Part shown: positions 23,617-37,404 of the stretch, in pieces
Layout of the letters: every line of letters starts with the position of its first letter
Numbering within the stretch: position 1 is the first letter of the stretch
Source of the DNA: Patellaria atrata CBS 101060
Taxonomy: Eukaryota
Direction: 5' to 3'
NCBI GenBank assembly: GCA_010093705.1
Contig: MU006090.1
Span: 186,001 to 250,000, forward strand
DNA length: 64,000 nucleotides
Program-made: the position numbers and the translations under genes
The notes under the pieces: model-generated
The model's database searches: none
The model's input: the letters and a program-made list of their open reading frames with translations, nothing else
What the model was told of the DNA's origin: nothing

Positions 23617-26600
23617 AGATAAAAGTATAAACTACCACGGTAGTTCAACGTTAGTCGGGTGGCGCGAACCGCTCTCTCGCAAAGGTAGAGTATCCTTCAG
23701 TGTATATAACTACGTCGTCGATGTTGTCGACGCAAGGTAGTTCTCACTCGAGGTATGCGCGACGCAGTCCACCCAGGCAGCGCTGAAGACGCAGGCAGTT
23801 GCAAAAGGATTAAAGTGGTAGTAATGGTAATTAGGAGTCAACTTGGCCAATATCCTCCGCCGGAGTGGGACGGACTGATCGTTTTCCTTTGGGTGAAGAA
23901 GAGATTAATGCGTATGCTAGAGACGAGCAAAGGTTGGTGTGCGTATGAGAGAAAAGTACGTTCAAAACGACCGTAGGAGAAGAAGAGAAAGGTACCACGG
24001 CTGAATTTCAGCATTTAGTAAGGTGTGTGCGTGTGTGTGAAAAGACGTTCAGGTAGCGACTGTGAGGAACTACGGAAAGAGAAGCAGAAATAAGGCGCAG
24101 TGAGCAGATTTCGAGATTGTTGAGGACGAAAAGAACCAGTCGCGATGCTGACTGAATCCTGTAAGTGGCGATAATTGGTTGAGGTTTGGGATCTTTGATG
24201 GTTTCGACCGGTTCGATGACTCCTTCTGTTTTCAGATCCGTACTTTCCCTCGCCAACCTTTTCCTCAATATGAACTTCCCGATTAGGTGCTGCTGGTCTT
24301 AACTTCCTCTCGAGTCTCGACGATGTGGTGATGGTGATGTCTACCTTAAGGTACGCCGACTCCGAGGCTAATCTTCGTTCGCAGCGGAAGCGGAACGGAG
24401 CGTACGCGCAGGCCACAATAAGATCACAGACTTCTCCAAGCTACTTGCGCTGCTTCAGGCTGCTTGTCGAATCTCTCCCTGCTTTGATTCATGGGTACTT
24501 GTGGGGAGAACCCACCGTGTGGTCCTTGTTTGAAACCGTGGACAAACCAACAGACAGCTGGAAGAGAAGATTGAAGCAAGAGGGGACCTTAAGCATGTGA
24601 TGGTCTCTGGAAAGCTGCAAGCACCAAGGTAACTGCAGTAGTACAGTACAGTAATCTGTCCCGCGAACTACGGGAACAGGTACCGTCCGATGATGACAAG
24701 GTGCTGGTGTCGTTGAAAGAAAACTGTTGTAGCCCTCGCACAGTTTCGCTCTGAGGGCTCTATGAGATGGTGATGGACGATTCCTTCAATAGAGGGTCCT
24801 CGAGCAAAGTCTGAGGCGGGTTTTCCCGCCAGCTGAAGCCTGTTGGTTGCTCCTTTGGAAAACAATCAGGCAATTGATCCCTTAAGGGAATAGGTCCTAG
24901 ATCTTCAACTTTGAATGAATCGAGGAGAGCGGTTTGTATCGGCGCGACGACTGGTCCAAAGCTCTTCAGAGCTCTCCAGACTAGTATCAGATATGCCTTC
25001 GCTACCAGGTTTTGACTTTTGAACGAACTTCCAGACTTTCAGACTTCCACCTCAGCTTCTGTATTCAGTCACAATCCTAACCTATCCCCTACTCAATATC
25101 AGAATCTCCTTGTCTTCACTTGCTCCTTAGTCTCTTTTCTCCTTTCTTTGCCGCTGCTTTGACTCTTTTTGTGCGACTTTTGTGTCTGTAAGACGATCGG
25201 GGAACCTGTATCTAGAGCTAGTTCAAAGCACCGAAAGAGTTTGACTTACAGACATCGATTCACCCGCAATAGTAAGGTTAGATAAAGAGTATAGAAGATG
25301 TTATGGTACATGCCCCATTAACGACCAACTTACCACGAAGAATTCAGCATCAGACTTAGGGTCCGATCCCTATTTCAGATGATACATGAAGCACTCAAGC
25401 GGACAACGAAAGCATTGGGGGATCATCAGTTATCCTGTGCCATGAGGCCTGTCCCCGGTACGTGCATGATGCACATAGAGCGCAAGCGCACTGTGCGCGT
25501 TTGTAGCTGAGCGGAGGATACAGCACCGGGAGAGTTACTCAAGGAACATGGCTTCAATCTCGCATGCCTCGTTTTTGCTTGATCACGGTAGTTTGAACAG
25601 TATTCCCAGGATTTGAGCCACAGGCGCCGAGAGCCGGAGAGGATAGACATACCCGGTACTCTTCCAAAAGCGCACAGATATGAGGCCCCTCCTCCTCCCT
25701 CTATGTTACAATTAACCTAAGAATTACCCAAATTCGCGAGTGGAGAACGGCCATGTATGTCAACCTCTCTGCTTCGATTGTGCTATACATTCATTGGCGC
25801 CCGATTCGACAGTGATCAGCCTACTCCTCCTCCCGTTTTTCTTTTCAATCCATCCTCATACCTTTACCAACGTCGTACGGGCCGGGGGAATTTGTTATCT
25901 TGCCATCACATGATTCTCCCTCTGGACGTTCAAACGTGGCAATCGGAGCCTCGACGTCGATGAGCCTGGATTGCTGCACAAGGAGATATAGAGCCATTAA
26001 GACGTGCTTGGGCTGAACCAGCATTGAGGGTCGGTGGTTGTACGGCAGCTCTTGCGATAGGTCATATTCATCTTGACCACTAAGGATCGAACTAAACTTT
26101 ACTGTCATATGTATACGGCCCCGGCACTTCCAGATTGGACGTCCGAACAGCCCGGATACGTTGGTGAACCTCTGCAGCGCGGTTAGGTACGTTGTATGTT
26201 GCTACCCAAGAATCAATTCCCGTCATCTAGCCCGGAACATTTCTGTCATCAAGCACCAAGCGTCTCTACTCGCAAAATTCATTCTCCTCTTACGCCTGTG
26301 GCACATTGATAGGAGCCATTTTCCCCTCGATTTGATGTCCTTGCACGTCAGCGGCATATCCATCTATAAGGTAGCAAGGGAGTGGTCGATAAAAAGGATT
26401 TTCGTTCGGGTATGTTTGAGTATTCATTATTGACCATTTAATTCTGTTATGGTGAACCCAGCATCTTGCTATACATACCCTGCCTTTAATGCTAGTTTGA
26501 TCCGGGTTTTTTCATCCTCGATCTGTCAACACTGCGCCGCCGGGGCGTTCGACACTTGACAAGTCGATGTCATTTGGAAACGATGGTCCCGCCCCCACAT

Positions 26601-28815
26601 CTTCCAGATGCATGGGCTGCTTCGAAATCTTCCTGACATTCCTAGAACGACTTCAAAATACTCCGACTCGTGGCTGCACTCGAACCTCAGACGTTGTACC
26701 TGCAGAATAAGGGCATACCCTGCTACTATTGCAGCTGCCTCACAAGCATCCAGTAATCTTAGGCGTCACCGTCTTCCCAGGGAACTAATAAGACTCGATA
26801 ACAGTGCGGATAACCTGACTGTAGTCACAGTCCTAGTTCAACGGCACAGTGATATGCCTCTCGACCGTTTTTGCGCGTCTTATAAGGCTAAATAGGACCC
26901 CACGTCCCTCAGAATAATGGAAACCCGCCGGATATGGAAGCGTTAGCATTTCTCCAAGATAGCATAGTTTAGTTAGAGACATGATGAAGTGTCTCGCTTT
27001 CTTACAGCCAGCATCTCCCCTTGGTTTTCGGCTGACCCTTCCACGCAAAGCTTGGCGGACGAACGAAAACCGCACCTCAATCTCGCCAGATATATTGCGT
27101 CTCAACATCCCCAATCTATCAGTCGTACATAAAGTGTTGCAAAAGCCACGGAGTTTGCACGTTTTCTCTTTCGAGATCGATATGATCCGCACCAGCATAA
27201 CTTAGCCTGAAGAGTTTGACAAGCAGTCCGAGCCAACCGCTACGGTTGGAAAAGGTTCCAATGTCTTCGACTTGAACTTTCCGTACAAGGGCTTGACGTA
27301 TTCTCGGAGCCCGAGCGCTTCGAAGACGTAGATCTTACTCCGCGTGGGCATCTTCTCCAGGGCTTCAGTATTCCGACCTGGAAATAGGCGTTAGGAGTAG
27401 TGATCCACTAGAAAAGATTAACTCAATAGTACGGAGTGCAAAGTCTATCTCAACCGACACATTGCGGTCAAATCAGACCCTGATATAGGAGATCAAATCA
27501 TCTACGGGCGTATCAAGCAAGAGGCTTACACAGTGTACAGGGCTCGCGGTATCCCGATACTGCCTGACAAGTGCTAAATGGCCATGCTTCATCCACCCTT
27601 AGGTGGTAAGCTCCACGAGGGATCCATTGTGGCGCAACTCCCACGTCCTCTGAAATCATTCTCAATAACGTAGCGCTTAATATTATCACGACATTTGTCT
27701 CACTCTCCAGAGGCTTGCGTCTTGTCAAACAATATGCATATCTGACACTATCAAATTTATGAACTACAAGCAGATTGCAGCTTCCGCTCAGCCGGAACAG
27801 CCGTCAACCTTACAACGCATACCGTATCTGGACATATTCTGGCTAGAATATCATATATCCAGTTATCCAGTTCACCCGTATACGTATGTGTTACAGACTT
27901 TTCAATAGGGTACGTCATTTTACACTCGCTCTCTTCATTTACGGCCGAAGAAAAAGCTTACTGGGCAATGAGCACAACACAGTGGACTTGAAGTTCAGCA
28001 TTCTCACGTGCATATCAAAAAGCTATCAACATGCCATTATAATTTGCTTTTCCATTCTTTCTTATTGTCAACTCCGTTTACTAGTTAGAAAAAGCGCTAA
28101 CAAACTATACATGACGGACCCAGAGGACCCCTCGTGACAACTGCCGATAAGCTGCTGTGTTATCCCGTCTGCAGCTTTATTGTCTTAAGCCTTCAATAAA
28201 TTTGTTATTGCTCAGTACATTAGGACTTGCAAACGAAGTCATATCTGGCTATTATGTGACGATCTACTAAGAGATACATAGCATCACCTCAGCACGCGAC
28301 ATAAACTGCCGAAATATTGGATGTAGACCCTATTGTGGAAGCGCACTCTCCCTTGTGTTATTTGAATTCTAGTAGCGCCCTGGCGGCCGAATCGCTCGTG
28401 CGAAAAATGCTGAATATCGAGAACTAAAATGCTTTAAGGACAAAGGGATAGAGCAAGATTGAGGCGGATCGAAGGTAGTGTAGTTTTGTAGGATACGTCT
28501 CTATGGCTCTCGTACAATACATCGTTCAAAAACTCCAATTTATGATTACGGCACTTGGACTTGACTATCTTATCAATTAGGACAAAGAATCACAGTCCCC
28601 TTGGGAGTAACGTGTAAAAAGGTCCACGAAAAGCATAATGGTTCAATAACCATTTTCATGTTGTTCCGAGGCATAAATATTGGAAACGGCCAAACTCCTG
28701 TCCGCGGAAGCATTTACACCTTGCTCAAATCAAAGAAAAGCAATCAATAGAAATCTATAGCGAAAGTTGTTGTTTCATGTGTACAACCTTGAAAGGATGG
28801 TTCAACCGCTATTAC

Positions 28816-30909
28816 TCAATCCAACACAGGGTTGAATTTTACAATGAGTTTGTTCCCCCTCGGAGGTGCAGTATACAAATCTGCCTGTTCGATTCCTTCG
28901 TCGTCTACAATGCTGGTTGTATAATTCGTGTATATGGCTGCTAATATATGCTTCATCTCTATCGAAGAAATATTAGCCTAGTTCGAGTATTACTTTCTTA
29001 ATCGAAGGTCTGACTGGACTTACGAAAAAAAGCTAGATTACTTCCAATACACATCCTTCCTCCGCTACCGAATGCCCAAAACCATCTGTTCATTTCTGCT
29101 GTTCCACCTCCCTCCCATCGCTCTGGCTTCCAGCTTTTGGCGTCTGGAAAGACATCCTCATTTTGGTGAAGACATAAAGCTTCTGCACTTATTCGGACAC
29201 CTGCTGGTAGCCGGTAGCTCTGAGGCTCGGACTTCTCGAGGCGTGTTGGTGATGAAGCTGAACGCGGCGGTCCGATCAAACACCCACTATGAGGCGTGAT
29301 CCTTGGTTGTGGCCCTGGAATCGCCGGATGCAACCTCAATGTCTCGTAGATGATCTGGTGCAATAGCGGTAGAGCATCAAGATGTTTCGGGTTTGGCAAT
29401 CTAGGGGCGGAAGACGGTTTGATCGGGGGGTCCAAGGTCAGAAGTTCGGACCGCAGTGCTGCTTGTAGCTGCGGACGAGCTGAAAGCTCGTGGATCACGT
29501 AAGTCATAGTAATGGATGATGTATCGAACCCCGCAGAGAGTTGATCGAGGAACTCTGAAGCAATCAGGTAGCGATTCTTTGCGTAGAATTCGGAAATCTT
29601 CTGTGGCGCCTTGCCGTTTGAATCTGTCGAGTTTGAGTCTTTGATCATGGCACCGATAAGCTGACAGAATACAGCAGGATAATCCGCATCTGATTCGACG
29701 TCACACGCCTTTTCAGCACCTTGCTCCTCTAGACGACTTAGATATGCGGCTGCTGCATCGCACATTTCGAGTGTGAACTCTTCGATCTCTCTATTAGCTT
29801 CGTCCACCCATTTGGGTATAAGCCTAATCCCCAAGCGCTTCAACCACTTCGTCAGAGTCGCAAATTCCTGGTTCCAAAATACCATGGATCTCCTTGCGTC
29901 GTAATCCTCCAACAGATGCTTAGTAAACGTTGGTCTTTGCATGAGCTTGGCACAATGAGCTAGACCAAACTGGTAGCCAGTCACGAAATCCATGAAGATA
30001 GCGCTGAAGGTTTTAAAGATATCAAAAGGCTGAGGAGTGGCTGAAGTTTTAGAGGCGAAGAAGGGCAGAAGTTCTTTGTATATTAGCGAAGATGCTACTC
30101 CAGAAAGTGACTGAGACGAGGCGAGGAAAGATTTGCTGTAGATGTTGGAGATCTTGCGTTTCCGGTCCGAGTGAGGCCGAGAAGCAAGTGTGCTGAACAT
30201 ATTGGGTTCTCTATCGATATGGTATCAGGGTTAGCATAGTTCGAGAGACTCGAAAACTTTGTGCCTTTGATTCAGGAAACGGCAGAGAATGCCAGACATT
30301 TCCACCGAGTAAAGATAGATGAGAGTGAGTTACACAATAGACAAGGGAAATAAGTAGATGTTAATCTTAGTAAACTTTTCTTTCTAAGCATTAGCTGAAA
30401 TAGATTTTGATGCATAAAGACCAGCTTATAGAAGACATTGCATGAAAATACTCTCTCACTGAAGCTTAAAGAAGTTGTTATGACTCAAAGGGGACATATA
30501 GGGAAATGATTATAGTGATAAAGCAAGGGAAGAATACGGCTTTATTTAATGAAATCAAGGCACAGATATATGCTTACCCATAATTCTCGAATAAATTCTT
30601 ATAGAATTCCCACTTTTCAAACCCCCCTGAGTATATAGTCTGGAGCCCACCCTTGACGCTATTGACGCTTATCTCATTCGGCCCCAATCTCACCACCGGC
30701 CCTAGTCTTTCATGTGCCGCGTATATAGTCGAGGGCTCGCGAGCTCTGAATCGTATCCAATGGATCCATATCGGAGAGAATGAAGCGGTTGGATGTGCAG
30801 CAGGGATTTTAGCAAGTGGAGAGATGAATGTGGGATAAATGAAGTAGTTGTATAGCACGAATGCTAACACTAGAATCAGGGTCAGAATGGGAATATTTAA
30901 GAGGCCCAT
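28816..30909 (-). CDS. Cytochrome P450 monooxygenase, 3 exons (30909-30578, 30210-29023, 28958-28816)
   Basis: Membrane anchor, GPVVRLGPNEIS, AGFDTSS, ETLR, PERW and heme motif FGSGGRMCIG. Both introns are GTAAG..AG. Confidence 0.93.
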
Positions 30910-31220
30910 GATGCTAATATCTCTCTAGCAAAGCAATTGTGTTAATTGAAGCTATTCGAAGTCAGTTGTCGGACACTTGAACTTCGTCCGTTTTTATAGA
31001 ACTATCCGGAGAGGTTACACAAGGTACCTGAAATTGGTATTATCGTCTCCATCTTATCACTTATCGATAGAAATAGAACTCACGTCGGTGGCTTGCATTG
31101 GCGCATAACCTTATTCCGAAAATTTGGTCCGTGCTAAGGAAGCTTGGCAGGTCTGTTATACCCACGACAAGTGTAGAGTTCTTGACAAGTTTCTGACAAG
31201 ATATACCTCGAAATAGGGAC

Positions 31221-33145
31221 ATGCTATCAAACCTACCCATTGAGCTTCTATCGAACATAGTAGCATACCTTCCGAACGCCCAAACTATCCACCATCTCAG
31301 CCGTACCTGTCATGCCCTCAACGCTTACGTTCAAAAGGAAGGTTGGAAAGTCTTCTGTAGAAGCAACTTTCCGTCCATATACTTGGACGCGGATACGGAC
31401 TGGCAGGGAGCTGCACAGGCCTTGACCGCGGCATCTAGAAACTGGGATAGGCGAGCCTTCCTTGCAAGATACCTAGAGCCTTCGGGATCTGTTACAGACG
31501 TTACCACATGGAAGCCAATACCGAAGTGGCGCAGGCCTCGCGGTCAAACAATGGGTTACCGACCCGTTCTCGACAGCTATGAGGAGAGTACTGGCCCTTC
31601 TTGGAGCGCTCGACGGGAAGTTCTTGCCTGGAGTGCTGGGGCCTCGTTAGTGGTCAGAGTTAAGCAAATGGGGCCAGAGATTGCGGATTTCTTTGACAGG
31701 AGTTCTCCAATGGAAAGAGACTTCTATTACGACGATCGAGGACATATGATTAGTTGGTTCACGTATGCACCACCAGGAAGCCAACAAGGCAGAGATGATA
31801 TCACAGCACTCCGTGTCCTCAAACCACATCAGAAAGACCCCCAAGACGGTCCCGCTGATAAATTCATTATTGGGACCGCCAGTGGTAATCTTTCTGTCCT
31901 CAACATTGATTTGAGTGGTCACACGAGAAAAGTTACTACTACCAAGTTTGAGACCAATGGACGTCAAATACGTTCAGCTGATACCTCATCTTCTACGTCG
32001 CCCCTATTATCTGCTGTTCTAGATGATGCAGATATTACATTGTATCGTATACCTTCCGGAAATGATACATCCACGGTGAGTGCAATCACTGATATTCCTA
32101 AATTGGGAAGCGGATTTACTGGTCGCGTATGGACCACAAGTTTTCTCTCAAATACTAGACTAGCTGTAAGTCTAGGCCCTTCTCTTGCACCGCTACGAAT
32201 CTATGAGGTAGGATGTGATGGCATAGCGCAAGATCCTTTGCGGAAATTCGGACTCAAAGACGGTATATACGATGATAAAGTTGAAGAAGCAACACCTACG
32301 CCACGGAATACTTCATCTTCTACTGTCTACCCTATCATACCCCTTCCCCCATCCTCTCAAGCCAGTCGTGCTGTCGGAGAACTGTTTTTTAGTGGAGGAT
32401 TCGATGGGATCGTGAGGTCTATATTCCTTCGCGCACGGATGGCACAGTACTTCCCATGCTAATGAATTGCAGACTTCATGACATGCGCTCCCCGCAGAAC
32501 TACGTCTCTACTTACGCCGACCCAGCCGAAGACGCCGCAATATTCTCGCTCATCTCTCTGGGTCGCGAGAGGATTGTCGCCGGTAACTCCCGCAATTGTC
32601 TCATAAAAGTCTTCGACTTGCGCATGGCTGGCGGTCGAATCTATCATTATCTCAACGCAACCGCATCTCAATCTGAAACTATAGCTTCACCAGCTCCTAA
32701 ACACCCCCCAACCGTCGACTGGAACCTTTTCATGAACCCACGTAACCTCACGAGCTCGCACAACACGACCTGGCTAAACCGCTGGACTCGACGGACACTT
32801 GAATCGCCCGTCTACTCGCTCAGTACACCCTCCTTCGCCTCGCCGTCTCTCTTCGCAGGCGTCGAGAATAATGTCGTCCAGCTCGATTTCGTGAGCATGC
32901 TCGATCGACACCCGGATCCGGTTTTCAACCCGCAGTTGCAACATGGACGACGGATCCCGCGATATGGACCTCTGGATGCGGGGCGGATCTGGAATCCGAG
33001 GGGCCAAGTGCTGGAGTTTGCAATGTACGAGCAGGGAACTGCGGGGACGGCGATGCTTCTGAGATTGCAGAGAGAGGTGGGGGTTTATAAGGGGCAACTC
33101 GAGGGGTGGGATGAGCGGTGGATAGATGGGGCGCGTATGCAGTGA
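31221..33145 (+). CDS. F-box protein with probable WD40-like beta-propeller; intron 32417-32472
   Basis: N-terminal LSNLPIELLSNIVAYL...LSRTC F-box. WD-like segments FSGGFDGIVRLHDMR and IVAGNSRNCLIKVFDLR. Confidence 0.82.
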
Positions 33146-33448
33146 GAGTGAAAGCCGTCAGATATACATCGTATCGCCAAGTCAATGGGTTCCGCACCAC
33201 ACGTCAAGGATGTTTATGGAATGAAATGATGAAAGATTAGATGTCATAGATCTCAAAAAACAAATGAACTCTCTTCGCTCAATTACCTACAAGTAGGGTA
33301 TATGCGATATAAGAGCCTCAGTGCCTTCTCCAGGTCCCTCGACCAATAGTGTAAGCCGTATTCTCAATGCGCCCAACACCCATCGAGCACATCCCTAGAA
33401 CCATCCACAAAGCGCCATCCAACCCTCCAACCCCCCACCTTTCCTCTC

Positions 33449-33988
33449 CTACTCCGTACCCCCCTCGGCTCCCAAAATCATAGCCATGCCCACAGTCTCC
33501 GGTGCAGTCTCCCTAAACCCAACCCGTTCATACAGTCTCCGACCTGGCGGATCCGCGCCTACCGTCACATACGCGCCGGGCGGGGCTCGCTGCTCAATCT
33601 CCCTCAAACACCGGCGGACCATGAGTTCGCCGAGCCCGCGGCGCTGGTGGGCCGGGAGCACGCACACGTCGGCGAGGACGAAGTACCAGCCGGCGTCGCC
33701 GAAGACGCGGGTCATGCCGACGATTTCTGGGGGTGTGGGGGAGGAAGGAGGATTTGTAGAGGGGGTTGGAGGATTTGGGGGGGCGTAGATGATGTGGCAG
33801 GTGAAGAAGCTGTTGGCCAGGGCGAGAGAAGTTTGTTGGTTGGTTCGGGGGGAGAGGCCGGTGAAGGCGCGGAGGTGGCGGTAGGATTGGACAGATGGGG
33901 GTAGGGGAATGAGGGTGTAGTTCTCGAGGAGGGAGGACATGGTTTGATGAGGATGTTCGTGGGGGGAGTTGTCAGTGTATGGTGTCAT
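33449..33988 (-). CDS. GNAT-family N-acetyltransferase, intronless (alternative start at 33940)
   Basis: Acetyl-CoA motif A DVCVLPAHQRRGLG and motif B RLYERVGF. Confidence 0.9.
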   Translation of the reverse strand: MTPYTDNSPHEHPHQTMSSLLENYTLIPLPPSVQSYRHLRAFTGLSPRTNQQTSLALANSFFTCHIIYAPPNPPTPSTNPPSSPTPPEIVGMTRVFGDAGWYFVLADVCVLPAHQRRGLGELMVRRCLREIEQRAPPGAYVTVGADPPGRRLYERVGFRETAPETVGMAMILGAEGGTE

Positions 33989-34709
33989 TGGTATTGGGAT
34001 TTATCAAGGAATTGTACGTTTGGGGTATTTAGTGATCGATATCCGTGTTGTGAAGTTGGTGTTTGTATTTTCGTCTCTGGGAGATTGGGTATTGTGGATC
34101 TTTTATACTTACTATGGATTATGTTGTCGTTGACGATATCTCATGATTCCAATACCGCATCTAGTATCATTTGTATAAGTAATTGCTTCCCGAACGATCC
34201 AGGCTCTTTGCTGACTAATTAATTAGCTCAATTTTCGCTGGGTTATGTTCCTTCAAGTTAATGCTTTGTTGAATTCGTGGATCTTATGAGGAACTGGACC
34301 ATTGTGCCTCTAGTTTGTACGGCCGTATTCAGACTTGAAAGCTGGGAACCGGTATATACCGAATTCCTCGCTCTGTTATGCATCAATCGGCTTGATATAC
34401 GTCGACGATTCGAATACCTTCCGTTTTCGAATTTTCGTCTCTGGAGTTTTGTACGGAGCCAAAATCAGATTGTTTGGCATCAGTTGTACATCGAGCGTAC
34501 AACCACTGAGGGGTGCCAACCATAACAGAGGTATTCACCGTATCATTAACCCAGCAGAAACTGGCCGGTCTGTTTATAAAGTTGCAACTATCAATCGAGT
34601 AAACCTGAGGCAGTCGGCTCGTACGACTCGCTGTGCGGTGCCTTGTGATAACTGACGGACTCGGCTAGATCGTTATATCTGACGACAAGCCAGTTCGTGA
34701 ACATAATTT

Positions 34710-36926
34710 TCAAAGCCCAATCATACCGTCCAACCCACTCATAACATCGTTCCAGAAGGCCTGATCCAGTCCGTCTAGAAGCTCCACTGAAGCGTTGAAT
34801 TCTCCAATGTTCATATCTTGTACTGTTTGCTCCACTGTGTCCTCGCCGAGAGACTGTGGATGAGAACCAGTTGTACGGGATTTGTACCAATTCAGCATCA
34901 ATTTTAGTTTCCATGCCGACATGCGGAAGAAACTTTTATCCTCGGGAGGAGCATTTACTGGACCACCAGAGATTTCCTCACACTTTCCCATACAGCGGTG
35001 CAACACCTCGATAAAATCGATCGTTTGGCGGACATAAGAGCGATCCCAGCCGAAGCCCTCGTAGAGAGACAGTCTTGAGAGCGCCTTTATAGCGGTTGAG
35101 CTATGAGCGAGTGGGGCGAAAGAGTTCGATATCCAGTCCTTCCCGGGTATTTCGAGGAAGAGTGTCATGAAGTCTTTAGTAGCTCGTAAACATTGGTAGA
35201 GAAGTGTTAATCTGTCCAGTTTGCGGTCTCCATAACATGGACCTATAGCGATGTCTTCGAGACCAATCTCGTATAGAGTGATCTCCACACGATGGAACTG
35301 CAACAGAAGTTGAGCTATCGGGTTAGCATGCTACATGATATAACATTCTGCAAAGATGCTCACTGTTTCCCTGTAGCTCCATCGGTATTGTGTTCTTGAA
35401 TATTTCTAGCTCTGCGCGGATAGAGTTGATATACAACTCTATAGGTATCGTCAATGCAGAAGGCATAGGTTCATCGAGGGGAATCGTTCGATAAATCTTT
35501 TCCAAAATAGATTGCAGTCTGACCGTTTTTACCAATAACATGTCACTCTGGAGTTCTTTTGTTTCTTCTAATGCTTTGCAGCATTGGTCTAGATGGGGCG
35601 TGAATACTGGCAAGTCTAGTCGTTTAAAAGTCGTTGCGATGCTAACTGTCATTAAGTTTCGGTACAGAACCGCGGCTATACGATACTTACGTGGATTGCA
35701 AGTAGTAACAACCTAAAACAGCTCTCTTAGTTTCTAGCGTCCGACATCCGTCGATCATACCACAGTTGTTCGTACCCTTCATGCTTGCACGCATGATATT
35801 GCTAGAGTCCCATGCACTGGCCGGTTTGCTCATCCCAAGCTCTATCACAAGAGCTCTAGTGAGCTGGATTAAATTGGTCAGTTGATTTAGGAGGTAGAAT
35901 TGCGGATGATACCTATTAAGCACTTAGTACTAAAGTTGCAAGCTGCTGAATTCGAAATAACAAGGTGGAATGAAATGTATCAGGAGGACAGCATTAGCTG
36001 ATCAACATACCATCCAATAAAGACAAGAAGTCCTTGTAGGAGGTCCATATTCTTCTCACCCTTTAGAAGTAATTGATCACTAATATTATGCATCAACCAC
36101 TCTCCCAATTTTGTAGACTTGGGGATGTCTTCATAAGAAGCAGTGAGGCATATAACGCGGAAAAGAAACGGTTTCTTCTCAAATAGTTCGGCTGCGGAGA
36201 TCTCATCAGAAACAGGAACGAACGGGAAGTACTGAGACGAGGTGTTTTTGAAAGATGCAAAAAGCGCCTCAGCTTCAGACCAGGACATCAAGTCGTCAGG
36301 AAATTGTGCAAGGGTCGAAGGTGATTGCCCTTCGGATACTGGAGGAGTATGTAAACCAAATACAGAATACCCCTGACTGTGGGCGACTGAGTTACGGAGG
36401 AGAGCTTGTCCCTTTGAGGAATTAGAGGCTCCAAAATTACCTTGGCTCTGTGCGGATCTCTGGCCGTGTAATGAGTTGCTCCTGTTTGGGATGATACAAT
36501 CTTGGTTCTCCCTGTTCCTCACGCTTGGATTCACATGTGGAGTAGCGACTGCTTGCTCCTCATGGGACGAAAGCAGTGACATGATCCCATCTAGCTTTTG
36601 CTCGAGCCTCGCAACGCGTCTATATCATGTTACACTAGGATCTCATTTTAGAACAATTCAACATACTTACGTCCTTGGCACTCGTTTCTTTGCAACGGGT
36701 TCGGGTTGTGGGACACATATTTTGCTTAGTCGGTGACATCTGGTAATATTGGTCAGTAAGATCCATTCAACGTATGAATTCAAGCTTTATAGATACTATA
36801 CCTCGTACATTTGTCCTTTAGATTGGTTCCAGCTCTGGGAATGCATTTCGCTTTCGCTACCGCGCATGTTTGACAAGCGCGATCCGCTCTCTGTTTGTTT
36901 GAATTGGCTGTAGAGGGGTCTGACAT
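34710..36926 (-). CDS. Zn(II)2Cys6 transcription factor with fungal middle-homology region, about 6 exons
   Basis: Spliced N-terminus MSDPST...RACQTCAVAKAKCIPRAGTNLKDKCTR|CHRLSKIC. Downstream exons contain FPFVPV, KPFLF, KNMDLLQGLLVFIGW and RAVLGCYYL. Confidence 0.88.
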
Positions 36927-37404
36927 TACTTTGTGTGTTTATCGAAAAAGTAAGAACAGGAACAGAGAAACAGCTCCGTTCCCGAGATATAAAGGAAGTA
37001 ATGAGCATTTATCGAGGAGATCAGACGTTCCGAATCCATTCCTGGTGTACTTTGCGGACCAATCACAATTCGATCGGGACATGTTAAAGCTCCCGTTCCC
37101 GTTTCTGACCAACATCGGTGAGCAAAAACAGTACATTGCATCAACAAAACGGCTTCTCCTATGGTTCCGTTAGATCTCTCGAACCTGGCCGTCTAAATAG
37201 TTGCCTGATAGTTCTATATTGATATTTTAATAGGAGTTGAATATGAATGAATTCGGAATTTTTCCATTCCTATTATCAGGTTCGATCCTGTCATTTTTTT
37301 TCCAGAAGCCCTTTCATCCCTATTATACGACTACCTCTTAAGTCTGACACTTTCTGGCGTTTGTTACTTTCTCCAATTCTTAAAGAGTTCTTCTTACTTA
37401 GAAG

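Noticed and set aside
37277..37300. tRNA-like GGTTCGATCC followed by a T-run
   Set aside because: The T-stem does not pair in tRNA register, and there is no A-box or cloverleaf.
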